DNA of 64,000 nucleotides, taken from the NCBI GenBank assembly GCA_965235115.1, contig OZ249439.1, forward strand, positions 13,454,001 to 13,518,000, given 5' to 3'. The notes under the pieces were generated by a model that was not told the DNA's origin, made no database searches, and saw only the letters and a list, made by a program, of their open reading frames with translations. This document shows, piece after piece, positions 40,601 through 52,392 of the stretch; the stretch's first letter is position 1, and each line of letters opens with the position of its first letter. The stretch comes from Laetmonice hystrix. Lineage: Eukaryota. The position numbers and the translations under genes are program-made.

Positions 40601-42143
40601 TACTAGGGGGAGCCAGTCAGTCAGTCAGCAAGTCATCAGACCACTGTCCCCCTCAACCATACCTCCCCCCCCCTTCAGTCTGGGAAATCTCAGGGGCCCG
40701 TTTCAAACCGTCCCCGTGAACGCACCCTCAGTCAGAAACGCCTTATGAACAGGAGCGGTGCGTTTGCTATCTCTTGCAGGCATTTGCCTTCGTACCATCG
40801 CTCCAAGACATTGCAAATGAAAACAGATGGTGACTAACCTGTGTTCACCGGCATATTACCATATATAAATAAAGACACATGCTTAAGGGGGACTTTCTAA
40901 AAGGCAATGCCTCGACACAGTTGGTGGCACATTAGGATGAAAGCATGTACCAGCGGGACTTTCTAACTGCGGGCCAAGGTTAGCGAGAATACAGTGGTGG
41001 CAGGTTGTCTGTTATTACCAAGTATTGCGATCACAAGAGACGTCTCCGCCCTACGTACTCTTCTCTTACAACAATCTCATTTCATGCTTTTATAATCATA
41101 GAGACGTAAAACCTTGTGCTCCCATCGCTTAGTTTGTTAGGGATACTGGCACAGATAAAACACTGGGATACTGCTGGAATCTACAGGGTTACCAAAAAAA
41201 TGTGTTTGAGAACAAATTGACTTCGATAAGTCACAAGTAATGAATTATGTATCATTCAAAGTAAGATGTCCCCAGGCAGTTCACGCTGATAAGATAATTC
41301 ATAGAGACAAGAGAAGCTCGCACAACTTTGTACCATCCCTTTAGCCAGAATTATATAAGTCCCCCTCCCACCACCACTACAGAATAAAGTAAAAAATCAC
41401 GGTCTATGTACTTTATACAATTACCCCAGCCCGTAGCAATTATACTTAACGTGACAGGTGTGGACACATACCTACTTCACAAACTGATTTTTCAGGATCA
41501 GGAGTAGGTTGGGTGGTCATGGAAGAGTCATGTCTCTCCTCTCACATTCTTTTTACGAACCCGTGCAATGGAATATCATTGCCCCCTCCCACCTTCTATC
41601 CCATCAGGCCCTCGCTGTTTTGTTCAGTTTAAGTTATTTTGGAAGTCGGCCTTGTGTCCAAGCTGATTAGAGTTTTTTGTGGTTAGACTGAGTCAGACGT
41701 ACGTGGTGGGCTGTAGATAGGTCTCCCCACACATATCAACCCTGCCCGGCGACTCTCGACCCCAGCCCGCACTCCTGACCACACGTGTAGGACAGCGGTT
41801 CTCCTGTGGTCAGACCCTAACCAACCGTACAACTGATTCAGGTCATCACCCTCCATCACAACAGATGGCTTCCACACACGTTCCTTTACTACCGACCGGC
41901 GCCACGTGTAGAGCAGCAACTCACCTGGATCCGATCTAAACAAGTCATAAATACGGAGACCTGGAGACGGTTAAAACCTGCAGACACCCCGGCCTACCGC
42001 CGGCATGGTCCCGTATATAGACGATGTCTGGGAGTTAACTCGAGACTGAGCATACTACAGACGGGCCCTAATCACCGACACTCAGTGCTCCTATAATATA
42101 CGAAATGTTCAATAAAACCCAGCTCAGTCTGTGACCCGCTCAG

Positions 42144-42325
42144 NNNNNNNNNNNNNNNNNNNNNNNNNNNNNNNNNNNNNNNNNNNNNNNNNNNNNNNNN
42201 NNNNNNNNNNNNNNNNNNNNNNNNNNNNNNNNNNNNNNNNNNNNNNNNNNNNNNNNNNNNNNNNNNNNNNNNNNNNNNNNNNNNNNNNNNNNNNNNNNNN
42301 NNNNNNNNNNNNNNNNNNNNNNNNN
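42144..42325. other. Assembly gap (182 N)
   Basis: Run of N. Confidence 0.95.
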
Positions 42326-45300
42326 GGATCCCACAATGAAGATGAACAATCCACAGCTGACGACGCCAGGCGATCTCACGGGGGCTCGACCCAGATCCCC
42401 GTCTAGTCCACCCGACAGAGCCTACACCCCCTCACCCCCAACCATCCCAAGCCAGCCCGTCTAGGGCTCGGCAGCGTGACAGATTCCTCCGCTCACCTTG
42501 ACTCCAGCCGACTTTCTCAAGACTTGGGACCCTCATCCCTTAAATCAAGCCTGGTCGGCACTGTGCAGGAGAAAACAGTTTGACCCATATTCCATCGGGC
42601 CTCATCCGTCTTTCTCTGTATGAAGATACTCATGTAGTTTGACAGGCTTGGTTTAACATCCCAAAGCCTCTTTTCTTTTACGTGATTACAGAGACAATAT
42701 AAAAAGTTCAGGGCGCCCAAGTGCCTTGCCTTCAAAGATTGACGCACATGAAGCAGGCTGACAGACCGATGGATCAGAATGAAATATATTATGTGTCCGG
42801 GAAGCGACATACACATCACCCTCTTGGATATTCACATGTATCTAAAGTTGTTTGTAAAGTGACACATCATAATCACTCCGGCTCGCAGAAGTTGGATGAC
42901 ATCAATGGACGGGACTCTGTTCTCCTGGGAGGTTGAGAAATCATAGTGCTGCAATTTTCTTCAGGGCCACTGTTTATACAGGGTGATGATAGTAAATTAT
43001 ACAGTAGGGAGAGGGACGGAAAGGAGCTCTCCTGCTCTCTGTCATGTCCAATCAAAACAAGGTCTTTCTAGTCTACAAGTTTTTGTTACATGTTTTAAGA
43101 AGTATGAATTGTGTGAGAGTCCTTCATTGTCATATTATGAGGCCCTAAAAGACCTGCTTGGGCGATACTAACTGGATATGACGAACTATATGCAGGCTTA
43201 CTTCTCTCTATCTTTCCACTCTAACATGATAAATATACGGCACCTTCCCTTTTCATCAGTCCATTACATATAGAAATCAAAGAAACTTTCCTTTTCTGAC
43301 GTGTATTAACATTTCTGACATAGAAATCCACAGAATGTACGAGCACTACATTAATTTTGTATTTTGTAGACCCCAAACTACTTCCTGCAGAACGGCTGAA
43401 CACCCCCACTCGTGAGGACACACCTAAAATGATGTCCTTGGTCTCCACACAGCTGTTAATCACATTAAAATCACCTTGTGAAACTCGTTGGGCGAGGCTG
43501 AAGAAAAATACATGTAGACTTCACAAAGCCTTACTCCAATTGAGGCAGCTGGCGGCGGTCCTTTAATATGGAGGATATAGACAGGGCACAGGGAGCACGC
43601 TGATAGATTCCTGGTAAACGTTTACCGGCCGGTCGGGGAGGGTAGACTTGGGGAGCATGTTTCAGGGGCTCGCCACATCAAACAGGACCGGCGGCTAGCG
43701 ACAGATGACGTGTCAGTGTGGGACCTGCTGACGGTGGAAGGCTGGCTGCCCTTCCAGGCTCTCCGCCGGCAGTCGGCTCGGTTTGTACGGGGCGGCTGAC
43801 ACCAACGCCCCACCCCAATTGGCCCTGAGGTGTGTGCTGTGTCACCTCACTGCCCCACGTGTGAAACACACCAAGGTACAGTATATCTGTCTCAAACTCT
43901 TCCAGTGGTCATCCAGGCGCCTGTCTGTCTGCCTGTCTGTGTCTGTCTGTGCCCGCCGTCAAGGCCGTCTCTCCCATTAAGGTCTGAAACTACACTGGCG
44001 ACCCATCATCACCACACTCCAAACTCCTCTCACGGCAGACAAAGATCTTTTTTTAATTCAGCTCCTAACTACAGACAGCTTCAGTCGGAGCCGGAGGAAT
44101 CCTGTAGGCTTCTCACAGATTGGTTCACATTAAACACGACATGTACTATTGCCCTTAACATGGTCTAAACCATCCTCTGCCGCGGCATCAAATGTGGGAC
44201 CTGGTATCACCCTCATTACACGATTAACCTAGAACTTTAGACAATTTCCAACCTACAAAACTTTCCAACCAATCGCCTAAAGTGAGTGGTGAGTTGGGAT
44301 TCATTATAACCCATCCTGATGAAGCTATGGCCACCAATCATTCCAAAGGATGATCCCCAGTCCCCCACTCTCAATGTCATGCAGTTTCCCGTTCCCCTGC
44401 CGTGGCCGACATGCCCAGGTGGGGGATGTGGTCCAGTGACGGGCTCCAATGACGGGATCAGGCGTCAACTACTGCTGTTGTATTCACCTCCCATCCCCCA
44501 CTCTAACAAACAATCCGGGACACATTTCATCACAGTACCACACTGAAACAAAAAAAACACTTCCTGTACCCCCACCCCCACTGTACCCGTACAATGTCCC
44601 CACTGTGTGCACCCTCCGCTCAGCCCGCCTCTCACTTTGTCTGGCGTCACGTGACCTGACGCTCACCTTACTCACCCGGCCCACAGAGTGGATTATCAAG
44701 TGTCTGCCCTCGGTCTGAGTTAACAAACGGCTACGATATCTACCGTCACCCAACGGCGGTTCAATTCACCGTCAACTCTGTGCACATTTCAAACACAAAC
44801 CGTTCGACTTGATACTTTCACAGCCACGCTTCGACTTGATACTTTCACAGCCACGCTTCCTGCGCTGAGACTGTTTCTAATCTTTATAGCTTATCGGCCG
44901 TCAAGAATAGGGCACTTTAAGTCACTTTTATGTTATACATACACATAAATGAGCAATTGGCGTTTTGTGCTTGAGGTAGAATTCTCTCGAATAAACAAAA
45001 ATGAGGACAGAGGGAACTGAGACCTAAATGGCATGGGAGCCACAAGAAGTGATAATCACTTCACTCTGTTTACATTTACATTTAAACGAGCAGCAGTTGC
45101 TATTTGCATATAATTTCTTCTATCGGAGGATTCCTGCCTGCACCCCACAAACCTCCTTTCCTGATTACTCCTGGGCCCCCCTGCCTTTTGATATGGTCCC
45201 CAAGAGGCCCCGCAACCAATGTAATCAGATCATAACTTCAAGTCTTTCTCCGTCTAGCCACATTGGGAGGAGCCGAGTTTGTAATCTGTAATTCTAATGT

Positions 45301-45530
45301 GCATGCAATGATTGCGAGTTTGATTATAAGAATAAAGGTTCTTCCATAGCACGAAAACATAACTCTAGTCAGGGGACCTGATTTCCACGTCTCACTTATT
45401 TTCCACATTAAGCCCCAAAGTTTTACTATCAGTGAAATATGAATAAGCCAACGTGTGAGCTTTTTAATTCTGAGTTCTCTGTTACGAATTTCAACCATTC
45501 AAAGTGAGAAAATAACAGGTGGAGAGATGT

Positions 45531-46050
45531 GTAATAACAATACACGTACAGCAAACCTCAATGTGCCACTGTAATAACAATACACGTACAGCAAACCTCA
45601 ATGTGCCACTGTAATAACAATACACGTTCAGCAAACCTCAATGTGCCACTGTAATAACAACACACGTTCAGCAAACCTCAATGTGCCACTGTAATAACAA
45701 TACACGTTCAGCAAACCTCAATGTGCCACTGTAATAACAATACACGTACAGCAAACCTCAATGTGCCACTGTAATAACAATACACGTACAGCAAACCTCA
45801 ATGTGCCACTGTAATAACAATACACGTTCAGCAAACCTCAATGTGCCACTGTAATAACAATACACGTACAGCAAACCTCAATGTGCCACTGTAATAACAA
45901 TACACGTTCAGCAAACCTCAATGTGCCACTGTAATAACAATACACGTTCAGCAAACCTCAATGTGCCACTGTAATAACAATACACGTACAGCAAACCTCA
46001 ATGTGCCACTGTAATAACAATACACGTACAGTAAACCTCAATGTGCCACA
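45531..46050. repeat. Minisatellite, 40-bp unit x13
   Basis: Unit GTAATAACAATACACGT(A/T)CAGCAAACCTCAATGTGCCACT, exact 40-bp period from 45531 to 46011. Confidence 0.97.
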
Positions 46051-47615
46051 ATTCTTTGCCACACATCCTGTCTATATCCTGCACCTATATCCAAAACAGC
46101 AGAAATAGAATGCGTTTAAGTAATCATAACTCGGCATCAAAGCATGGGAAATTAATTAATACAGTGGCAAACATGGTAAAAACGAATTCCCCAAAGAAGC
46201 TATGTATTTACAGTTCTGGCCGGTCTTTCGACCACAAATACGATGATTTCCTACCTAGGAGGTCGCCATTACCAAATCTGGACTCTTTATTTCACCTTAT
46301 TACTATAGTTATCTATGATTTCACATATCCAGACCCCTCCCAGTCTTGACTCCACTTGTCATCCGATGGTCGGTTGTTTTTTGGTGCCCAGCTGGAGGTA
46401 GACGCTAAGGACGACCGACCCTGTGATCTTTCGGCCGTCAGTGAGAGCCGTCGGAATCCGTCAGAACGTCAGAACCCCCCCCCCCCTCCCAGTACCCCTC
46501 CATCCGACCCCCCCCCCCCCCGCCTAACGACTCCCCACCACACCAAAGAAACCAACAAAAACAATGTCACAAAAACAACTGAAAAGTAGGACTCGTCGGC
46601 TACATCAAACTGCCGCTGGGCAGGTGGTCGACGGGCAACAAAGATGAAATACACCACACCGCACTGCCACCTGATTAGTCCTCGCTTCAGGTAAATCAGA
46701 GCAAAACAAAGCTCAACCAAACCAACAACATTTTCTGCTGGACTATATAATCCACAAGTAAGCCATTATTTTACGTCGTTGATTGGGACCGCTGACACCT
46801 GAATATCTTGGGACCATCTGGAAATTTAATTAATTTTCTTTTTTCAACTATAAGATTTTAAACTGTACCATTTTTATGCAATCGTGTGACCATAACGTCT
46901 TTATGAACACGTGATTAAATATGACTTCAAAATTACTTGGAGACAGAGAGTCGAATCGAGTAACCCCATGACCTTTGACTGTGTTATCGCTTCTGTCTGG
47001 CTAATTAATCATCACCAGAAAAGCCATCATCCCTGAATCCAAACTCCTCCCCTGCGCCCCCCCCCTCCCCCCAATCATACACTGACGACACACGCCCGGC
47101 ATACAGGTTTTCATTACCACAGCCCGTCCGTGAGCCTCAGCCGTGCCTCCATCATTTCTTGATGATATCCTCATACAATGTCTCTATACGCCCTAATTAT
47201 AGACGGATGTGTGGAGAGAGATAGCTCCCTATTGTGACGATCCATTCAACAACTCATCTGTCTGGGGGATCCTCCGCCGTAATGTATTGTAGGAGAGGGA
47301 GATAGGGCAGGACTAATGACATATCGCTACTATAGCTGGTGATGGTATAGGAATCCTCCGAATGATGAGGACACGTCTGCCTGTCCGAGCAGTCCTACAA
47401 ACGTGATTCTTTGTCTGTGGTAAGTGATGACGCCATAATGAGCTCCCATTAATACCTATATGTAAGACCTGTATCGATATGTTGATTGTCTCCTTGGATA
47501 TAACATATTTTTTTATCTTGGCGCAGTAACTGCCTCACGTCTGTCAACTACAGATGGTAACAGCTATTGGCAGTAATAACTAGTTGGGCCGTCCACCACT
47601 GGCTATGGTCAGGAT

Positions 47616-47750
47616 GTGTGAGTCGTGGCTGTTTTACACCAAGCCTACCTCCAAGGCTATCTTCACGGCCACCAAACCCCGGTTTAAAGCGGCACAGATG
47701 CAGACGATAAAATATGATCAGAAATGATAGATAGAAAACACTCCTCACGG
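47616..47750 (-). mobile_element. Old 3'-UTR/tail fragment related to the I-clade LINE at 61.2-61.9 kb (or a SINE sharing its tail)
   Basis: Minus strand reads GGAGTGTTTT...TTTAAACCGGGGTTTGGTGGCCGTGAAGATAGCC...AAAACAGCCACGACTCACAC. The LINE 3'UTR reads GGAGTGTGTTTT...TTTTAACCCTGTTTTTGCCGTGAAGATGGCC...AAAACCACCACTACTCACTCAC. Confidence 0.55.
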
Positions 47751-48850
47751 CCTAAAGTTGGCTCTGGTCATAACAGGCCATGGAAACATAACATGACCAC
47801 AAGATAGGCATGAAAGCGGTCCCAAGTGGCCCGATTCAGCCTCAATTACCGGGCCAGATAGTGGCGCTCGGAGCGTGTGTGGCATGGTTCCCAGATTTAA
47901 CATTCCACCTCACCAGTGGAGACACTTTCCCCCCACGTGCCACTTTTTATCAACGTGTCCATCCTAACGGCCATGTTTACTGTATAACGTCCCGGGCCTT
48001 GAAGCGGGAAAAAACTTCCAGATAGTAAATCTCCGAGTTTTCTTTCTGGGTGGCCGCCAAGAGTGCCAGTCACGTGGGGTCCCGCTGTGACAGCATCATC
48101 TGCACTCCCTGACCCCTAGTCTCATGTTGCTCCTGGGTCTGGCAACTAATTGCAATTACCTGACATTTCTACACCCGGCCGTCTGGGCATTGCGACATGA
48201 TTGATGAAAGGTCCTCTAAAAATGACAACAAAGAAGGTCTTGACCCGCTGCGTTTATCATCAGAGCCGGCACACTTGGCGTACGATCTATCATCATCTAC
48301 GGTACAATCCTCAACCTTGTTACAGAGGCAGGACACCGACAGTCTGGTGACAAGTACGATGGAAGTACCTGTTTCTTTAACCACTGCATACCCCCACCCC
48401 TCACCTCACACCTTCCCTCAGGCGCTTTCTGTAATTATGCTAAATACAACTTGCATCCTTATTTCTCTAGTGTAGGCGGATACCTGGTGGGTATAACAGT
48501 TGTGTACACCACAAGTCGTCACCCAGACTGAACAGGTGAGGACGATTCCCACATAACCCAGGGCCCACATCAAGGGTCGCCTGGGTACCTGCGGTCTTCT
48601 CGGGTTATTATGGCGGTCATATTCTCAAATGTACCCAAGAATGTCTTTAGTTGTCTGAGTCATGACTTGGCTCAATAATAGTGTCATTATGCAACTGACG
48701 ATGAACGTTAAAGAACCAACCGCAAACCCCATACTTATCCACACTCTGGACTGGTGAGCAGCATTTATCGAACTATTCATCACGGTGCCTGGGGCGAGCT
48801 CGGGTGGTGGCGGCCATAGTTGAGGTTAGGGTGGTATTCCAGGACCGAGG

Positions 48851-50569
48851 GTGCCCTCTACCACCCTCAGTACATCTTGTCCCGCTGGAGAGGAACACCT
48901 GTTTCTTAAAACACAGTCTATCCATCATATCCACCTTGTCCCCTCCCCTCGGGCAGTCCCATCGTCAGACCGCAAGCTCTCCAGGCACCACAATGAGCCA
49001 GACCTCTCCAGGCAGCCAGACTTCTCCAAGGAGCCGGGCCTCCATGGGGAACTTCATCTGCTGGGCAACCAGGCCCCCGCAAACGGAGTCCCATCCGGCT
49101 CAAATACCAAGATTTCTACAGATCTGAGTACCAATCTACCATCAGTTCCAGCCAAGGCTTCTACAGATCTGAGTACCAATCTACCATCAGCTCCAGCCAA
49201 GACTTCTACAGATCTGAGTACCAATCTACCATCAGCTCCAGCCAAGACTTCTGCAGATCTGAGTACCAATCTACCATCAGCTCCAGCCAAGACTTCTACA
49301 GATCTGAGTACCAATCTACCATCAGCTCCAGCCAAGACTTCTACAGATCTGAGTACCAATCTACCATCAGCTCCAGCCAAGACTTCTGCAGATCTGAGTA
49401 CCAATCTACCATCAGCTCCAGCCAAGACTTCTACAGATCTGAGTACCAATCTACCATCAGCTCCAGCCAAGACTTCTACAGATCTGAGTACCAATCTACC
49501 ATCAGCTCCAGCCAAGTCTTCCACAGATCTGAGTACCAATCTACCATCAGCCCCAGCCAAGACTTCTACAGATTTGAGTACCAATCTACCATCAGCTCCA
49601 ACCAAGACTTCTACAGATCTGAGTACCAATCTACCATCAGCTCCAGCCAAGACTTCTACAGATTTGAGTACCAATCTACCATCAGCTCCAACCAAGACTT
49701 CTACAGATCTGAGTACCAATCTACTATCAGCTCCAGCCAAGACTTCTACAGATTTGAGTACCAATCTATCATCAGCTCCAGCCAAGACTTCTACAGATTT
49801 GAGTACCAATCTATCATCAGCTCCAGCCAAGACTTCTACAGATTTGAGTACCAATCTATCATCAGCTCCAGCCAAGACTCTTACAGATCTCAGAATCACC
49901 CTATCATCAGCTCCAACCAAAACTTCCACAGATCTCAGAACCACCCTATCATCAGCTCCAGCCAAGACTTCTACAGATCTCAGAACCACCCTATCATCAG
50001 CTCCAGCCAACACTCTTACAGATCTCAGAACCACCCTATCATCAGCTCCAGCCAAGACTTCTACAGATCTGAGTACCAATCTACCATCAGCTCCAGCCAA
50101 GACTTCTGCAGATCTGAGTACCAATCTACCATCAGCTCCAGCCAAGACTTCTGCAGATCTGAGTACCAATCTACCATCAGCTCCAGCCAAGACTCTTACA
50201 GATCTCAGAACCAACCTATCATCAGCTCCAGCCAACACTCTTACAGATCTCAGAACCAACCTATCATCAGCTCCAGCCAACACTCTTACAGATCTCAGAA
50301 CCACCCTATCATCAGCTCCAACCAAGACTTCTACAGATCTCAGAACCAACCTATCATCAGCTCCAGCCAACACTTCTACAGATCTCAGAACCACCCTATC
50401 ATCAGCTCCAGCCAAGACTTCTACAGATCTCAGAACCGCCATATCATCAGCTCCAGCCAACACTCTTACAGATCTCAGAACCAATGTAGCAGGAGGTCGA
50501 GCTAAGATTTCCACAGATCCCTTGCAGCTTCGCAATCACGTAACCAGTGACAATGAGTTCACATTGTAG
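48851..50569 (+). CDS. Candidate mucin-like Ser/Thr/Pro-rich tandem-repeat coding exon (31 x 15 aa); coding status unproven
   Basis: 572-codon open frame (open from 48830; the track start is GTG, so probably not a real start). It has 88 non-repeat codons, then 31 units STDLSTNLPSAPAKT or LTDLRTTLSSAPANT with no frameshift or stop, then 19 codons and TAG. No signal peptide and no nearby AATAAA seen. Confidence 0.35.
   Translation: MPSTTLSTSCPAGEEHLFLKTQSIHHIHLVPSPRAVPSSDRKLSRHHNEPDLSRQPDFSKEPGLHGELHLLGNQAPANGVPSGSNTKISTDLSTNLPSVPAKASTDLSTNLPSAPAKTSTDLSTNLPSAPAKTSADLSTNLPSAPAKTSTDLSTNLPSAPAKTSTDLSTNLPSAPAKTSADLSTNLPSAPAKTSTDLSTNLPSAPAKTSTDLSTNLPSAPAKSSTDLSTNLPSAPAKTSTDLSTNLPSAPTKTSTDLSTNLPSAPAKTSTDLSTNLPSAPTKTSTDLSTNLLSAPAKTSTDLSTNLSSAPAKTSTDLSTNLSSAPAKTSTDLSTNLSSAPAKTLTDLRITLSSAPTKTSTDLRTTLSSAPAKTSTDLRTTLSSAPANTLTDLRTTLSSAPAKTSTDLSTNLPSAPAKTSADLSTNLPSAPAKTSADLSTNLPSAPAKTLTDLRTNLSSAPANTLTDLRTNLSSAPANTLTDLRTTLSSAPTKTSTDLRTNLSSAPANTSTDLRTTLSSAPAKTSTDLRTAISSAPANTLTDLRTNVAGGRAKISTDPLQLRNHVTSDNEFTL
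49115..50520. repeat. 45-bp tandem array x31 with two interleaved variant classes
   Basis: Unit TCTACAGATCTGAGTACCAATCTACCATCAGCTCCAGCCAAGACT (class A: units 1-17 and 22-24). Class B has CTCAGAACCACC/AAC (units 18-21 and 25-31). Confidence 0.97.
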
Positions 50570-51857
50570 ACACGCCTCCTGCCGTCCAGACCAGAGACCT
50601 CCGAGCGGTTCCGACTCCTGACCATGGTGGAGTTGGTCGTGTGAAGCATACTCTGGCCTCATCTACCCCACACAGACCAGGATGTTACTGTGAGAGTGTG
50701 AGCTGCCAACTGTCAGCGCTAATTGATGGCCACAGGCCTGCGGTCTACCACTAGTCGTAGCCCCTCATCTGACTGCCGAGATCGGCCTGACCGCCGGCCT
50801 CATCTGTGGTCCCACTCCGAACACATCACACACCTACAACTGACTGACAGGGGCTGGACCCGCAAACCCACAGCTTGGGCTTCCGGTTTCATGCTAGTAC
50901 CTTTATGTAGGAATCTTAACCAATGCCTCAGAATCCTGTAGCCGATTAATTGATTAACAGATTGGAACGGAGGAAGCCTTTGCATGGGGAGCGATAACTC
51001 AGATTACTGGGAGGTAAAAATGGCCCACCCGACGTGGATAATGCGGCACAGTACAGTCTATCCTCATCGTATTTGTGAACCGAACATCAATGACTGATAC
51101 AAAACTTTGAATCAGGAATGAACCACCAACTTAAGTTGTTAATAATTTCACATCTACACTACCGGCATGAACACTGCTAAAATCACGTCATACACTATAC
51201 ATATCAAAATGGAACCACAGTATATTACTGTAAATGCTGCGCTCTACCAGGTCAATGTTGAGCTATTAAACACTGGAGACGATGTAGATTTTGGTGTGTG
51301 TGGCAATTCAACATACACCAAAATCCTGTGCCAGATGTGTCAGCACATTAAGGCATACTTGGCAGCACTAACTGTCAATGACAACCCGACATACAGGACA
51401 CTATACTGGGACACTGGTGACACAACTCAAACACCACTCAGAAAACATAACTCACTGACATACATCACATTGAATACATACCATACACGTTGTGAATTAA
51501 AACGGCTGAGTACTACAGCAATGTTTAATCAATGAACCGGTACAGCACAGAGACAAATCCTCATCCACCAACTCTACGAGCTTGGCTGTGAACAAAGACA
51601 CTGTAAACTGTACGAGCTTGGCTGTGAACAAAGACACTGTAATCTAGGTAATGCTGCCAAGGGACACCGGATACCCTTGGTGTATTTTTCTCCAGGACTC
51701 GCTCCCTAACATAAATATTTCTCCACCACAATGTCTCCCCATAGGTAGCAGACAGATGAGCGGTAACAAGTGGGTTCGCTCATTTTTCCTCAGCTCCTGT
51801 ATTGTTTTACACGTGATCCACTTTGTTCATTACCCGAGAACACACGAACCCGCAGCG

Positions 51858-52033
51858 GATGACCGACACGCACCAAGCCAAACAATGGTGACAAACTTTT
51901 TGATGACCGACACGCACCAAGCCAAACAATGGTGACAAACTTTTTGATGACCGACACGCACCAAGCCAAACAATAGTGACAAACTTTTTGATGACCGACA
52001 CGCACCAAGCCAAACAATGGTGACAAACTTTTT
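51858..52033. repeat. Minisatellite, 44-bp unit x4
   Basis: GATGACCGACACGCACCAAGCCAAACAATGGTGACAAACTTTTT at 51858, 51902, 51946 and 51990. Confidence 0.95.
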
Positions 52034-52082
52034 GTGGTCCTGGAGTAATATCAACTGAAAGTCGTTCCTTTTTGGTCCATTA

Positions 52083-52392
52083 GACGCTACTGTAAACAGG
52101 AGGAGTTGGAGGAGAGTCGTTCGTGGTTACGCTGGCGCTACTGTAAACAGGAGGAGTTGGAGGAGAGTCGTTCGTGGTTACGCTGGCGCTACTGTAAACA
52201 GGAGGAGTTGGAGGAGAGTCGTTCGTGGTTACGCTGGCGCTACTGTAAACAGGAGGAGTTGGAGGAGAGTCGTTCGTGGTTACGCTGGCGCTACTGTAAA
52301 CAGGAGGAGTTGGAGGAGAGTCGTTCGTGGTTACGCTGGCACTACTGTAAACAGGAGGAGTTGGAGGAGAGTCGTTCGTGGTTACGCTGGCA
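52083..52392. repeat. Minisatellite, 51-bp unit x6
   Basis: GGCGCTACTGTAAACAGGAGGAGTTGGAGGAGAGTCGTTCGTGGTTACGCT in near-identical copies. Confidence 0.95.

Noticed and set aside
41950-42143. LTR-like segment with AATAAA (42111) abutting the N gap
   Set aside because: No TG...CA boundaries, PBS, PPT or second copy visible; truncated by the gap.
43100-43520. GDFN-containing minus-strand frame suggesting an old L1/Tx1 endonuclease
   Set aside because: One four-residue motif; the flanking APE motifs are not convincingly present.
48169-48750. Possible decayed CR1/L2 endonuclease on the minus strand (SFLEDLSSIMS..., ILGYI*EYDR)
   Set aside because: Only vague motif resemblance across stops and frameshifts; needs an HMM or TBLASTN search.
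49054-50535. 493-aa minus-strand ORF of VLAGADGRLVLRSVE repeats resembling an LRR protein
   Set aside because: It lacks the LxxLxLxxN consensus, is confined almost entirely to the 45-bp array, and is best explained as a chance-open frame of the repeat.
51167-51535. 122-aa plus-strand ORF containing VNDNP
   Set aside because: A single cadherin-like motif on the wrong strand with no other repeat features.
13348-52392. Regularly spaced 22-53 bp repeats, some palindromic, as CRISPR arrays
   Set aside because: Units are head-to-tail with no unique spacers, there are no cas genes, and the context is eukaryotic.
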